A DNA stretch of 59,003 bases, counting the filler, from Sphacelaria rigidula (Eukaryota), in assembly GCA_964200075.2 (NCBI GenBank). It is 4 parts of 4 records of this genome, joined end to end, with 100 filler letters (N's around TTAATTAATTAA, not from the genome) between each part and the next. Parts side by side here need not be neighbours in the genome. Positions count along the whole stretch, not along the records: positions 29,558 to 44,230 come from CAXNAA020002102.1; positions 44,331 to 59,003 come from CAXNAA020002103.1; 2 more parts are not named here. The stretch is one strand, 5' to 3'. A model generated the notes under the pieces. The model searched no databases. It worked only from the letters and a program-made list of their open reading frames with translations, and was not told where the DNA came from. Numbering within the stretch: position 1 is the stretch's first letter; every line of letters starts with the position of its first letter. A program made the position numbers and the translations under genes. Below are positions 36,238 to 49,000 of the stretch, one piece after another.

Positions 36238-36549
36238 GTGTGGCGGCAGTTGGTCCTACATGTGCAAGAAGCTATTCCGAGAATCTGGTGATGAGCGTTG
36301 AAGCACTTCAGGAGGAGGATCGGAATTTGACTGGGCAGGATCCACGGTGTGGACCTGGGGTGGAGTAGCAGAGGCGAGATCGAAATAAGGTTCATCGACA
36401 CAATGTACTGACTCCACCGGAGATGTGGTGTTTGGTGCGGCAGGCTCTGTGACGCACGTCTCGAGTGGGATGTGCATCAGGGGAGCAGCGGCGATTCCTA
36501 AAACATCGCCGGGTTCCGAGTTAACATGTCCCGTAAGAGGGAGGAGTGG

Positions 36550-38328
36550 TTATCCCGCCGACACAAAATGTTCTTTGTCGGCTAGTGCGCCAATGCGGGG
36601 TAACATTTCGGCAAGATTATGGCCCGTAAGTGCTGGCATGCAATTTCGGCGAACTAGGGTAACTTCAAGAAGTTTGGGGTGGTCGGAGAGTGTTATGCTC
36701 ACACTACCGTTATATCGTAGGTGGTAAGCAGCTCCGGTTCCTTGAGGATTCTTCTGATAAGCCAGGGCGCCGTGGAGAGTACCGAAGTGCTTGAGGGTGA
36801 ATTCTCCACGCGGCGGGGAGTGTGGCGTTAATGGTGGAAGCATGCGGTAGGTGCGTTTATTAAACCGCATATAGCTATATCTGCCCAATAATATGGCGTG
36901 ATGCATGGTGCTGTCGGGGACAACGTATGCCCAGACTGCCAGGCTGGCAGATCGAGTGGTGTTGTGAAAGAATTGCACACTGAGACGTACGGATTTACGG
37001 GTCGTCAGTGGCGCGGCAGAGTCACCGAAACCGCCCCACACGCGAGGTTTGGTGGTGGTTTCGCAAGCTGCAGTAGCAGCGCCAGTCTGTTCCATGCATT
37101 TCCATGTTGATTCTCGAATAAACGATTGCGGGCTGCCGCTGTCCAACAAGGATACGCATTTCGTAGGCGTAATAGCGTTTGGACCGGCATGGATCGCAAC
37201 GTCAGTATAAAAAGTGGCCGGATCTACAGACACTTTTCCGCCGACAAGATCCGGACCGTGTTCCGGCAAGGTAAACTGGTCAGGATCAGCGGGACTGACA
37301 GCAAAAACGCACGGCGGATGATCCGCCGGGGGGTCAGATGTCTCACCAGAGAAGGGGATGGACGGTATATTATTTCCAGGTGTGGCACGGTCATTGGCGA
37401 TTTCGTAAATGATCGTCTTCGGTTGACAGGGATCACCGTCAAAGGGGGATCCAGGATGTGCGGGGCTGAAGCCGTCGATTGAAGAAGTAGTGCCGTCAGA
37501 ATCATGTGCTTTTGTTTCTTCCAGGATACTTGATAGAGCCGTCGAGCTCAAAGGCGTCGCATTTTGGAGAGATTGAGGTCGAGGATTTCCGCTCGAAAGA
37601 GTTGTACGTAATGATGCGCGTGCGTCCTTGAGGGCATGCTTACGGGGTTTTCTCTTTCGCCGTGACAAAGGTCGGGGAACTTTCAAAGCATTTAGGGATG
37701 AAATCACAACTGCGTCCAGTTGCGTGGATGGGGTCAGCATCGGGGCATGACGGAGCGAAACTTGTGGGCTGCTTTCCGTAGGCAAGTTTGGCTGTTGGGG
37801 CATAGCCGAAGATATGTTGGGGCGGTTGTTAATAGAACCGGCCGAAGGTAGGTTCGTGCGTCTTGAAAATCGCGGGGAAGGAGCCCGATCGAACTGATTG
37901 GGAATTACATGATCCGATGTGGTCAGGTTCAAATCAGCAACACTTGGGTCAGCTGAAAAAGGCTTGCTGCTACCTGTGTGTGCGGTCGCTGAGGGAAACC
38001 TTTGCCTCAGGGACTGGCGGTTGGTCTTCCCACACCTCAGACTTATGCTCGGTACTGAAGGACCAAGTTCAGTGCCGGGTGTAGGTCTGAGTCGCGGGGT
38101 GTCACAACTGTTACGCGGTGTGTGGAGAGACGAAGACGGGGGTCGATTTGAACGGCCATCAGTTGCGCTCCTGCATAGTGCCGGGAGAGCCGGGCGGACA
38201 ATCTTAGTCGCGGGCTCTGCGGGCTGTGTTGAAAATTGTGTGGAGGTTCGAGACAGGGGTCGATAAGAACGGCCGTCAGTAATGCTCCTGGACGGTGCCG
38301 GGGGAGACGAGTGAGAAATTTTCGACAC
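36550..38328 (-). pseudogene. Gypsy aspartic protease preceded by a long Pro/Ser-rich region
   Basis: Catalytic motif LLDSGSPQSFI and HAILLGR. Confidence 0.8.
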
Positions 38329-38497
38329 GGACTCCGCGTGCTGCGTTGAAAAAGTCTTCGCTCGTGCTATCGACGGCGTGGAAGACCGAAGAACGCCGGC
38401 GTCGGCACGTCATGGATCTAAGCGATCCGTAGTGAAGGTACCAGGGTTTCTGGTGTTGGGATTAAAACTTTATGTCGGTCCCGTCCGCTGGTGTCTA

Positions 38498-39958
38498 TCA
38501 GCGGAACGTTTGTTTTCGAGAATTTTGATCGTTCTTGCGAGGGTTTCCGTGATTGTTGTTGTGTCGGCGACCGCGATTAGAGCTTTTGTTGCCTCGTTGG
38601 TTCGAATTGCTGCGGTAATTTCGAGTTGGTGGACGATAGTCGCGCATGCGTTTTTGCCATCGGCGCCACGCGGATTCATTGTCCTGCAATTCAGGGTTCA
38701 TGAGATCGAAGGCAGTGATGCATGGACTGTCACAGTCGCGCATGCTGTGGCCTTGAACACTACAGTTGATGCAACTGTTGGTATGACTGCTGAAGGCATT
38801 GCGTCTAGCGAAAGACAAAAGAAGTGGGTTCCACAAATGGGGGTCGTCGGTTATGAATGCCGTTGTTGAAGTCAAATAAACATCATCCCAAGTTTCCTCG
38901 GAAAACGGCCAACCGTCAAAACTCGCGCTGAATGTATCTCTGGTACTCTGAAGATGCATAACTGAACCGGCGACTGAGTCGGGGGTCTATGAAGCGCGAG
39001 ACGAGCTCGAATTCCTGCCGCGAGCCCCTTGGGCATGAACGGAGGACACAACCGTAGGTTGTGAACGCACAGACGTTGAAGGTTTGCCACGTATGGCAGG
39101 CGTTAGATTACCCTCTTGGCGTACAAAAGCAGACCACGTAGTATCAACAGAGGCGTAAGGCACCTTGCGATGCGCCAAGACACCCGGAAACAACGACGGC
39201 ATCAGAGCCGGATACTGTTGAGCAACGCTATTGCGACCGTAAGTCTGACAGATTGCGTCACTCGGTCCGTTCTGACGTCCGACTCCCGTTGTACCCGAAA
39301 CCAAAAGCTTAAATTCGCGGAGATAGTCCGCGAAAGGGACATAAGAGGCGACAACAAAGGAACTCAGCCTCTGGATAGCACTAGCCTGGTCACTTTTATC
39401 GAAGTAACCAATCAGACGCCTCTCCAAATCAGAGAGTAATACCGGGCCTGTCTTCCCCTTGGCACGATCCGGGTCCACCTCGGCGAGGAATCCGTCGAGA
39501 ACCTGCGTCAAAGAAGCAGCGAGGTCGGGAGAGCGGCCGCTGATCGATCGATGCAGTGCTTTGTGCAAGGGAGTCTGCAAGCCCTCTACCCAGTCGGAAT
39601 CTTCGAAACGTTGTGTGCCAGTCACATCCGCCAAGTGAAGGATGTTACAAACAGTGCGGCGGATGGACGTAATGAGGGCAGAAGTAAACTGGCCCGAATC
39701 TTCGTTATCCGCGGCAGGCATGGTTTTGATGTGCCAGAGTTTTTTCACATCCATCTGAATATACTGTCTCTGTATTGAACCTACTCGGGCAGACTCAGCT
39801 CTATCGGAAGCTGCTTCTTTGCTAGCTTCGGAACGCTCTTTGTCAGCCGTAGCCGTTGCTAAGGCGCGGGCTGCAGTAGAAGACAAAGGACGGCCAGGTG
39901 TATCCGTATCGGACAAAGCTAAAATGCGGGCCGAAACATCAGCCAACTTAGGAACCAC
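38498..39958 (-). pseudogene. Gypsy gag (capsid-like region and CCHC knuckle)
   Basis: FADYLREFKLL helical motif and knuckle CINCSVQGHSMRDC (CX2CX4HX4C), with a frameshift near 38960-39090. Confidence 0.75.
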
Positions 39959-42833
39959 TTGCCTGGGGGTCTCCGAGTCCGAGGCGGGAAGAGCTGCACC
40001 GGACCGGTTCCAAGCCGATGCGGATGATCCGGAAGAATTGCCTCTGGTGTGCTTGCCTTTCGGCTTGCGAGGCGGGCGGTTTGATCCGGAGCCGCCCGAA
40101 GAGGATCTTCCACCGCCATGGCGGCGGCGTTAATTCCCGCCATTGTTGTCATCGTCATCGCGACGGTGATTCTTCTTGTGACCCCAGCAATTGGAGGTCG
40201 TGGTGGTCCACCCATCCTCATCTTCGTTATCGTCGGGGAGAGTCGCGGCGGGATCAGAGTTAAAAAGGTTGGTGACAGTGTCGACGTACCGGTGGATATG
40301 CGAACTATCGCCGATTGCGCCTGGAAGACCAGTTGGCCCAAGGTGATCGCCGACACGCCGGCGTCCGGGAAGAAGCCGCCCTGTTCCACGTAGCCACCAT
40401 TAACGGCTAACATGCGTTGGGATATGGTGTTCCAAGCGTAGCGGGAACAGTGCAGGTGATTGTTTCGGTGAAAGGGGCCAGTATAATAATCGGCCGCAGA
40501 CCGAGAAAGCCACACTCGTTCGTGTGATGCAAGTTGCAAGCGTGTGGGGGGGCTGGCAGTGACCGCTGGGCCAGGTGCACGAGGCGGCGTGGGGGCGGCG
40601 ACGGCCGCGACAGATGACGCCCTGTCGGACTTACGTGGACTCACGTAGTCCGACCTGGTGGGCGTGGGCTGTCGAGGAGGTGGAGCTTCAAGCAAGTGAT
40701 CGGCGGAAGGCGGCGAGGAGGCTTGATGCTGGGTCACCCGCGCCATCGACGAATCTGCTTCTTGCGCAGTGCGCCGAACATGATCATGTAGCTCGCGAAC
40801 CCTCCTTTGTGCCGTCAAGGCTGCAGTCTGCCCTTCCTGCAATGCCCTGTGCGCCGCCGTCTTGGTGGCTTGGGCGAGAGAAGCCTGTCGCTGAAAATCC
40901 TTCAGCTTGGCAGCATGTTCCTCAAAAAGGAGGCGGGCGGCAGCCTCGTCAGCATTGCGTTGCTGGTCTAGTATGTTGCGGGCTAGCGCCGGGGCTTGGT
41001 ACGCATAGTCATGAATGAGCTGTTCTTGTTCCGTGCGTGGGCGGTCCTTAGAAAGCCTCAACAGAAGCTCGGTGGGGCAATGCTCGTCGCCGAGCGGAGG
41101 AAGATCCTCCACCGAAGGAGGCGAGCGCACGGAGACGTTCCCGACAGGGCCAGTGGTGGGGATCACTATCCGCATCTGTGTCTACTGCAGGCTGGGTGGC
41201 AGTAGGAGTCGGGACCGTGGATGCAGTGACTACAGCCGAAGGCGCAGTGACCACGGTAGTGGCGGCTGCGGCGGTAGTGGGAGCGGCGTTGGTGGTCTCC
41301 CTCGTAGGCTTTAGCAACAGGGGTAGTGCACTTGGTGTCCATGGTTGCTGTTGCGAGTTGCCGTTCGAGATCTGTCAAACGTTGTTGCAGAGAACGAATT
41401 AGCGCAGCGTCGGAACGGGACGGTGGTTCGCGGTCAGTGCGTTGTCGTCTGTTGTGCGATGAGGTGCGGTCGGATCCTGAAATTGAGGATTCCGGAGCTG
41501 GTGACATGTCCGAAAATATGTTTTGGATATCGTCAGCATGTACAGTGTTATCATTGCGTACATGACGGTTGTGTGACAAAGGCTGAGCAGTAGAGATGCG
41601 CGAAGGGGCATGATCGGAGTTGTTCGAGCGCGAGTTAACGCGCGAAGAACTTGATCTGGGCCGCAAGGCATCCTCGTGAGTGCGGCCATGGTTAGCATTC
41701 ACCGGGCACTTTGGAGCGCGAGATGAATTGGAACTATGGCGTGAACTACCATCATATTTGTGTCCATGACCGATGTTCATCGGGCGCGTGGAAGCGCGCG
41801 ATGAATTCAAGCTTTGCTGGGAGTGGCCCTTAGAACTGCTAGAACGGGAAACATGGTTATGACCAAGTCTCGGTGTGCGGCGCCGGCCAGAAGCGCGAGT
41901 ATGACTCTGCTGCGACGTTGAGGAAGGGCTGGACTCATGTTCGTTGAATTTATCATGAGTGACGAACGGAGGACGCGATGTCGCCGAACGGGTCGCCAGA
42001 CATACGGGTTTGGGCGTGGCAGGTGCAGAATCATCATTGAATTGCACATGAGCAGACGCCGATTGGTCTTGGAGCGTTGCGTGGCAAAAAGCCGTAAATG
42101 CCTCGATGAGAGCTGGCGATGGCGATGGCGACGACGCTGAGGAGGTGCAATACAGAGTTTGCATGGCAGCATGCATGGCCGCAACTGCAGGTCCGACATT
42201 GGACTGCGCAGGAGGGCGCATGGGACTATCAAGAGTCGTGCGAACGGGGTCCGTAACGGAAGCAGCCCGTGTGACAAAGTCTCTTGCTCCAGAAGCGATG
42301 CAATTCGTCGGGACAGAATCGTCTCGAGAGTTGTCAGCCGTCAAGCGAAGGGGTGCCACGGTTGAAGCAACCGTGACAGGGCCGAGCTTGACACGTGTGT
42401 CCAGGGGCAACGACTCGACTGAGGGCACAATCCTAACTCCGGATTCAACATTGGGATTCGGGAGAGCAGGGACCAGCGAGGGGTGTGCGACGGAATCCAC
42501 CGTTATGGGCTCACTGACATGCGCGTCAGGAACCAATGACTCGGCTGGTTGCACTACCATGTTCTCTGAGTCCGGGTCGGAACGTGGGAGAACAAGTCTC
42601 GGCGTCAAAGTCTGGTCTTCAAGCCTTGAAGAATGAATTTCGCTCGAATGTTAGTCTTCAGATCCCGAAAAACGAACAGCGCTCGCATACGTGCGGCGAT
42701 GTGTTGAAGGTGGCGTGCCGCTCATATTGAAAGATTTCGGGCCGCTAGTAGTCTGGCTCCGAGTCCGGCGAAGCGGTTGGTTTCCCAATTGAGGGGAAGA
42801 GCCAGCGTTATTTCTGTGCGACATGATAATCAT
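39919..42833 (-). pseudogene. Long low-complexity/coiled-coil ORFs upstream of gag
   Basis: Abutting minus-strand ORFs of 480 and 418 aa, Ser/Arg/Pro/Ala-rich, with helical stretches such as LIRSLQQRLTDLERQL. Confidence 0.6.
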
Positions 42834-45800
42834 ACGCAGCTTTTGTGCTTAAAAAGGAAGGTGCAGCATGTCTGATCTGCGGGCTCTAATCAAAGGAGCG
42901 TGACACCACGAGATGCTAAGAGCAAAAGCCGAAGCTTGTATCCGGAAATACTGGATAAGGAAGCCAAATAACGCCTGAGGGGACCGTGGGACCTGATTTA
43001 CTTGAGTAATTTATTCAAGCGAACTGCTGTTTGTAACAACTATGTCCGGGGTCTGGTTAATACAACTTTATTCAAGTTGTGGCGGTAATAGCTAGCACGA
43101 GTTTGTGCACAGAACAGACGTAAGTCGTCGAAGACAAGCGAAGACCCGATTGTCTGTAGCAGCGTTGGTACGTGGAAGAACAACTTACACGTGTTCCGGG
43201 TGTAGCGTCACGGTAGACTATAACTGTATGATCCCAGCATAGGTTGAGGGACGACTGGCTGTGTGCAAATGAAAAGAATTATATATATATATATATATTC
43301 GCAGGATGCGCACAAAACTGTGCAGCGTAAGGCAGCACAAAAGCTTTTACAAAGCTTGGGTTGTAGACCGCGAAATCGGACTGCGCAGTGCAGAGCGAAG
43401 GCTTGTTATCCAACGAAGTTGAGACAACGTATGTATGTGGAACAAAGGTGATGTGATGCACAACAGGGGCAACGCTGGGAGCGGGTGCCGACAAATTTGT
43501 AGTGCACAGGCAAGGGGCACCGATTTCGAGTGCTGTATGTTCAAATGAGCACGTAACGGAGGTCGAAATGTTTCAACTAGTATTATTTCAACGAAACCGT
43601 GTCGGAACAATCAATTTGTTCGTTCGAGAAGGGGTCAAAGGGGAAAATACTCACAGTCCGTTATGCTGTGTATTGTTACTTACCACGGTGATGTACCGCG
43701 TTGCCTTACGGCTGTGCAAAGTACACAAGAAGAGGACAACAAGAACAAAGTAGTGACAAGCAATGGAGCTAAAGCTACAACAACAAGGTCGCTGCGAGCA
43801 ACGAAGGTAAAGTGCCGGAATCCAAAGTTCGTGTACCAACGTCCGTTATCACACTGTGTGAACACGGTTTGTACTTGTTCAGTAATTTCGTAAAGGAAAG
43901 ATACAACAGTCGCGTACAATCGATACTGAAAAATAAGAGCAGCAGCGTGCCGGCCTGGCAGGAGCTCAGGTCAGGAACAGCGGCTGGCTATGAACAACAG
44001 TGCGCCTTTGTGTACTGGTGTTCTGTACAAACCTGTGGTAGAAGACTTATTCTGCAGAAGGAAAGGGGGCCACAAGACCAAATACACGAGCCAAGGATGG
44101 CTTGGTGTGGTGGTCGTGCCGGGCTGGTGAATCACGAAAAGATTCACAAGTCGTGCAGGCGGAACTAACAGGGTTGCCAGAAAAATGAGAACGTACTTTG
44201 AAATGAGAATCAACCGACCCCCGGCATTGTNNNNNNNNNNNNNNNNNNNNNNNNNNNNNNNNNNNNNNNNNNNNTTAATTAATTAANNNNNNNNNNNNNN
44301 NNNNNNNNNNNNNNNNNNNNNNNNNNNNNNCAAAAGTGTGCTTTCGCACATACCCTTTGGGGGAACGGAAGGCTGGAAATCCCCCGAAATAGTTTTAGGG
44401 AGGTCGAGAGGGATGGGGTGTTCCATACGAAAGGCATGTCTTGAATTTAGGTCAGGGAAAGCACGACTTTTGGGTTGAACCTCATTTTGTTTTTCAACCC
44501 CATTTTCGAGAATCGGCTGTTGACTGCTGAGAACACCACCGAATCAGAACTGACACTCGACTGAATCGAGCGGGGGCGGGAAATGGATCATACAAAATCA
44601 CACGCCATTATCCCGTATTTTCGGCACACGAAAAAGGCATGCGCGCCCAGTAGATTTGTACTGCAAGCACTAGATCGGGTATACCTCGAATAACAGAATT
44701 GTAGCTCTTGTTCGTATTCCCCCCGTACGTCATGATCCAGTCTTGATATCCGATCCTGGAGCGTAAGTATAATCCATTACACCTCGCCCATGAATCCACA
44801 TACTTCACAAAACCCCCGTTTTCCTTGGTCTACCAACACGAACCATATTTAGGAGATGTCACTCATCGATGGTATATTGATGGTATACAGTACATCTCCC
44901 CAAGATATATTACTCCATATATACTGCCGACCGGATTTACCATCTCCACAACCCACCTGCAGCAAAGAGCACGGGTTGGGCACAGGGATACTGTATACAA
45001 ACACGTACGCCCTGTCGTGGGTGGATATGATGATTTTCTTGTTGGTAAAAACTTGAGCACCTTCCTTCATGGTCGCGACATCGCGCGGCTACGACATACG
45101 TGGGGTGTAGGTGGGTGCGAAGAACAATTAACTGGCCGCCTAATATGCATAGACACTCACCGCATATGCATGCTGGACACGCACTTTGACATAGTGTAGC
45201 AAACAGCAGGCCGTACCATATGTTGCACGTTGTCCAAGTTCTTTTCACGTCGCACTGTACGTGAAGAAAAAATATCTACAGTGTCCTGCACTGTCTGTAC
45301 TGTATTTCCCCCCTTATCTTTCACGCCCTACTTACTTTGCTGCAGCAGCTGTGCGATGCGCATATGCCGTGGCGGGACGTGAGCGTGTAATTCGTGACGG
45401 TATATAACACCCCCATATATCAAAATAAGCTGCAGGCACCTCCACCAGCCATCTGCAGTACATGGCGCCGCACATATAAGCACGGTGTAGCGCACTGTCC
45501 CGCATGCAATGGTATTGTACAGTTCAGTACAGTTTATTGTAGTATATATCCCAAGTACCCAGTATCAACCGCGCGATGAGATGTTTCATTATATTCCCTG
45601 CATGTTGTTCTAGTTTGGTCGAGACGACACTAACCCTAACCATAGGGATGTTCAAATTCCGATGCGGTCCTCTAAGCACGCGGTCCTCTCACGCATCACA
45701 CCGTTATCATCACGTCAGCTGCAAGAGAAAGTTGCGTGAGGTATGTGGGACGTGAACAGCTGAAGCTGCTCGCGAGTAAGTTCCTTCTCCACCCAGTTTC

Positions 45801-46052
45801 AGGTATTGGCGGTGAACAAATCACATCTGCTATACATGTTGCATGAGGGATTATCTGCCAAAAATAGTGTGTATGCGACCCGGTAGCTGTGCGAGGTTGC
45901 CATGGGCGTAATATCCGTTCACGGCCGTGCCCGTGGTGCGATATCAGTCCCTCACTGGTCGTTCGCTCCATTGTTGACTCCAGCCCTGCACCCACCTCCC
46001 AACCTTCTGTCATGTTTGCCGTTTTTTCTCGTTACTGCAGGAGGCAGCGGCG

Positions 46053-49000
46053 ATGTTGTCCAGAGCGAAATTTCGTCACTGTGCTGTGGGAATAATTAGC
46101 CTTCTGCTTGCATCACCCGCTGAAGGGCAGGTTGGTGAGATATTCATTTGCCGTAAACGCGGAAATCATCCGACGAGTGCAGAAGCTCATGGTCGGGATG
46201 TCAACGCTTCGTTCTTGTCCGCTTCTAGTTATTGTACTGAACCCCTCCACTATGCTCGCCGCTGCCATCACACGACTGCAAGCGTGTAAAACTCTTCTGA
46301 GCGAAGAAGACGTGGCATCATGGTCCTCCTCTTCATTGCGAGCAATGTTTTCAGAGCGGGAGGGCGCCGCCGGTGGACGGTGGTGGTGTAATGCGTGAGA
46401 GGACCGCATGCTTAGGAGTCCGCATCCTAGTTCGAAACAGCCCACAATCGACGTTTTTCAAAACCATTCGGGCCAGTGCCTGAAGGTACCACACCCCTGC
46501 CCAAAAACATAAGCCTCACCGTGCCCGTGGGAATGTTCAAAGTTCGATGGGGGCCTTTAAGCACGCGTTCCTCTCACGCATCACAAGTATCTAACATTGA
46601 AGACCCAAAAGTACACACAGGGTTGTAATTCGAGCGACGGGTGCACGTTGAGAGGCGAAAACACCCGGAAAACACGTTGCACTGTGCTAGTATATATTGT
46701 TTCGCATGCAAAACGCCACTATGATAGTGATATGATATCTCAACGCTTGTATTTCAGGGAAGAAAGTGAACCTGGTGCCCGTGCTCGATGTTACCGTGGA
46801 ATGCGGAAAAAACGACATATTGTGGGGGAAACAGCGTACCTCAGTCGCCGTCCAGGAGAGCCCCGAGACACCAACATAGGTCAGGATGAGGGAGGGAACA
46901 GAAATCAACGTGTAATGAAAATCGCATAATAATGCAGTGCTCGAAAGGCTTCGAAACCAAAGGGTGTGGGGTTGTGACTAAAATGCCTTACTGAAGATTA
47001 ACACATCACGGTCTGCGCGCCCGTTTTTCCGCAAACCGTCCGTGTGAACCAGCCTGCACTTCGACCGCTTCGTGCCTCCAACCGGAGATCTGTAGCATTG
47101 CAGATAACGTCTGCACAGGTATGTATCTGCTGAGGAATCGGCAGTACATTTGAGTCGTGCAACGATACCGCCATGAATATGTACTCTCCAGTACGTTTTA
47201 CGGGGAACCGTTATACACAACAAGAAGTGCGATACCTCTGCCTCTCAGAATCCGTGAACCACTCGACCGAACTAACGTATCGGGCAGTGCGGACTCAAAG
47301 GGACAGCTCCGCGGTCAAAGGGTTAGTCCCTCATTGCTGTTCAGCTCGAGTACCATACCTGAGCAACACGAGGCGAGATCTCTCCCTCAGGCTGGTGGTA
47401 AGGACGATACTGCTGTTTGGTGTGGTCGTTCATACCATCACATGTTACGGAGCCGGCCTGATACGGTGTCTGTGCGCCGGCGTGGACGTTGTACTTGTGT
47501 TGAACGCGTCCGCAGCGTGCACCAATAATACCGAAACGGCGTGCAGCTTCAGGACTACCCCAGTTCGAGAAAGCGACTGCTGCGATGACAGATTGTGCGT
47601 GGATACTACCGGCAGCGAGACTGGGAACAGCCTCACGTGCCAGCTCGAAGGTATTACTCGTAACATGTGACAGTGTATGGCAATTTCGTCGACGTAATTG
47701 CGCTTCACGATGTTTTGCTGCGCACGCCCGTTACCCCTTTCCTTGTAAGAAACGGAACTCTGGTAAAATCATCGCCGAAGGTATCATCCTCATTTCAGAA
47801 TGTGTTGGTGAAATTGAGAGTTGAAGGTACGACTGAGTGTGAAAAGCGGTCAATTAGTGAAGAAGCCGTTTCAGTCCCGAAATGTACCTCCACTGAGGCC
47901 CTCGATACCCCTGAGCAGGATATATATCAACGTGTTGCTGAGTCACATGGCAGAGATGAGACGACGAAAAGCACTCACGGAATGAAAAGTTGGCCAAGAT
48001 AAAGCGAATGATCAAAGCCACTCTCAATCCGCACCCAACTCTAGATCTGAAGAAAACCTTGTTATTTGTTGCCTGCCTTGGTTTTTTTACCATTGATCAC
48101 GCATCCCTTTCGAGACGGAGCACCGTTCCTACTCCTAATAATGGAGCCACATCGAACATTCCGGCGCCCATAACGTTTCTTCCACACATCACACACAACG
48201 TTTTAACATATCTTATCCCCGTCCTGTTTCGCTGTCTCTGGCCACCATCTACCTCCTAGTACAACCATCGTTTTCTCCGTACTGTCTGATACATGAAACG
48301 ATTTCATGCTATCCTTGTTCACGTCCCGCGTTTCCCCCTATGCCACGTCCCGTTCTTGTATAGTTCACATTCTGCCACTATGTTATGACTTCTGTTCTCC
48401 ATTCTTTCGCCACAGAGGTGGTTCTATCCGTCTACTTCCTCTTCCTCCCGACGACAGGTATACCTCTTTCTTCTTTCTGGCAGGTCCAGGTCCCTCCACC
48501 AGAAATCGTAATTTCATATTTTTCGCAGGGTGCATTGGGTCATGCAAACATGCTTACATCCCTATCCCCTCTCTTAACCACCCGTATATCTCCAGGTGTA
48601 CTTCCTCGTCTACTTCGCGTCTGAACGCTTCTTATCCCCTTATTATCACCATATCTTTTACGTTCGCCTCGTACCCCGCGTCTTCATCTATCGACAGTAT
48701 TTCGTCTTGGTTACTCCCATCTCCCCTCTTCCTATCTCCACTTTTTCATTTTACGTCATAGCTTTCATTTTACCTCATAGCATACGCTCTTTCGTACTTT
48801 TCTCCCGTACAGCCCTATCAACTAAAGCTGGCAATCTCCTTCTCTGCATGTTGTCAACGCTAAACTGCCATCGCAATTCACTCACTTCTCTGTTGTTTGA
48901 ACCCTTAGACGGTGAGACTAGATCATCTGGTTAATCGGCATCAACTTCACTTGAATGAGGTATGCGTGGTCCAGATGGACTACCATCGTGGTCTAAGGGT

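Larger units (their letters stand above)
31480..44230 (-). mobile_element. Ty3/Gypsy chromovirus-type LTR retrotransposon, frameshifted, about 12.7 kb
   Basis: Order gag-zinc knuckle-PR-RT-RH-IN-chromodomain. The putative 5' LTR ends at 42994 (…AATCA) and runs into the gap; the putative 3' LTR begins TGACG at 31548 and is truncated. The LTR pair cannot be confirmed here. Confidence 0.9.

Noticed and set aside
32128..42636. Numerous plus-strand ORFs over the Gypsy element
   Set aside because: They are antisense shadows of GC-rich minus-strand coding sequence.
44600..45200. Candidate 5' exons of the LRR-IQ gene
   Set aside because: They would need an intron of only about 50 nt and have no motif support, so they cannot be called from sequence alone.
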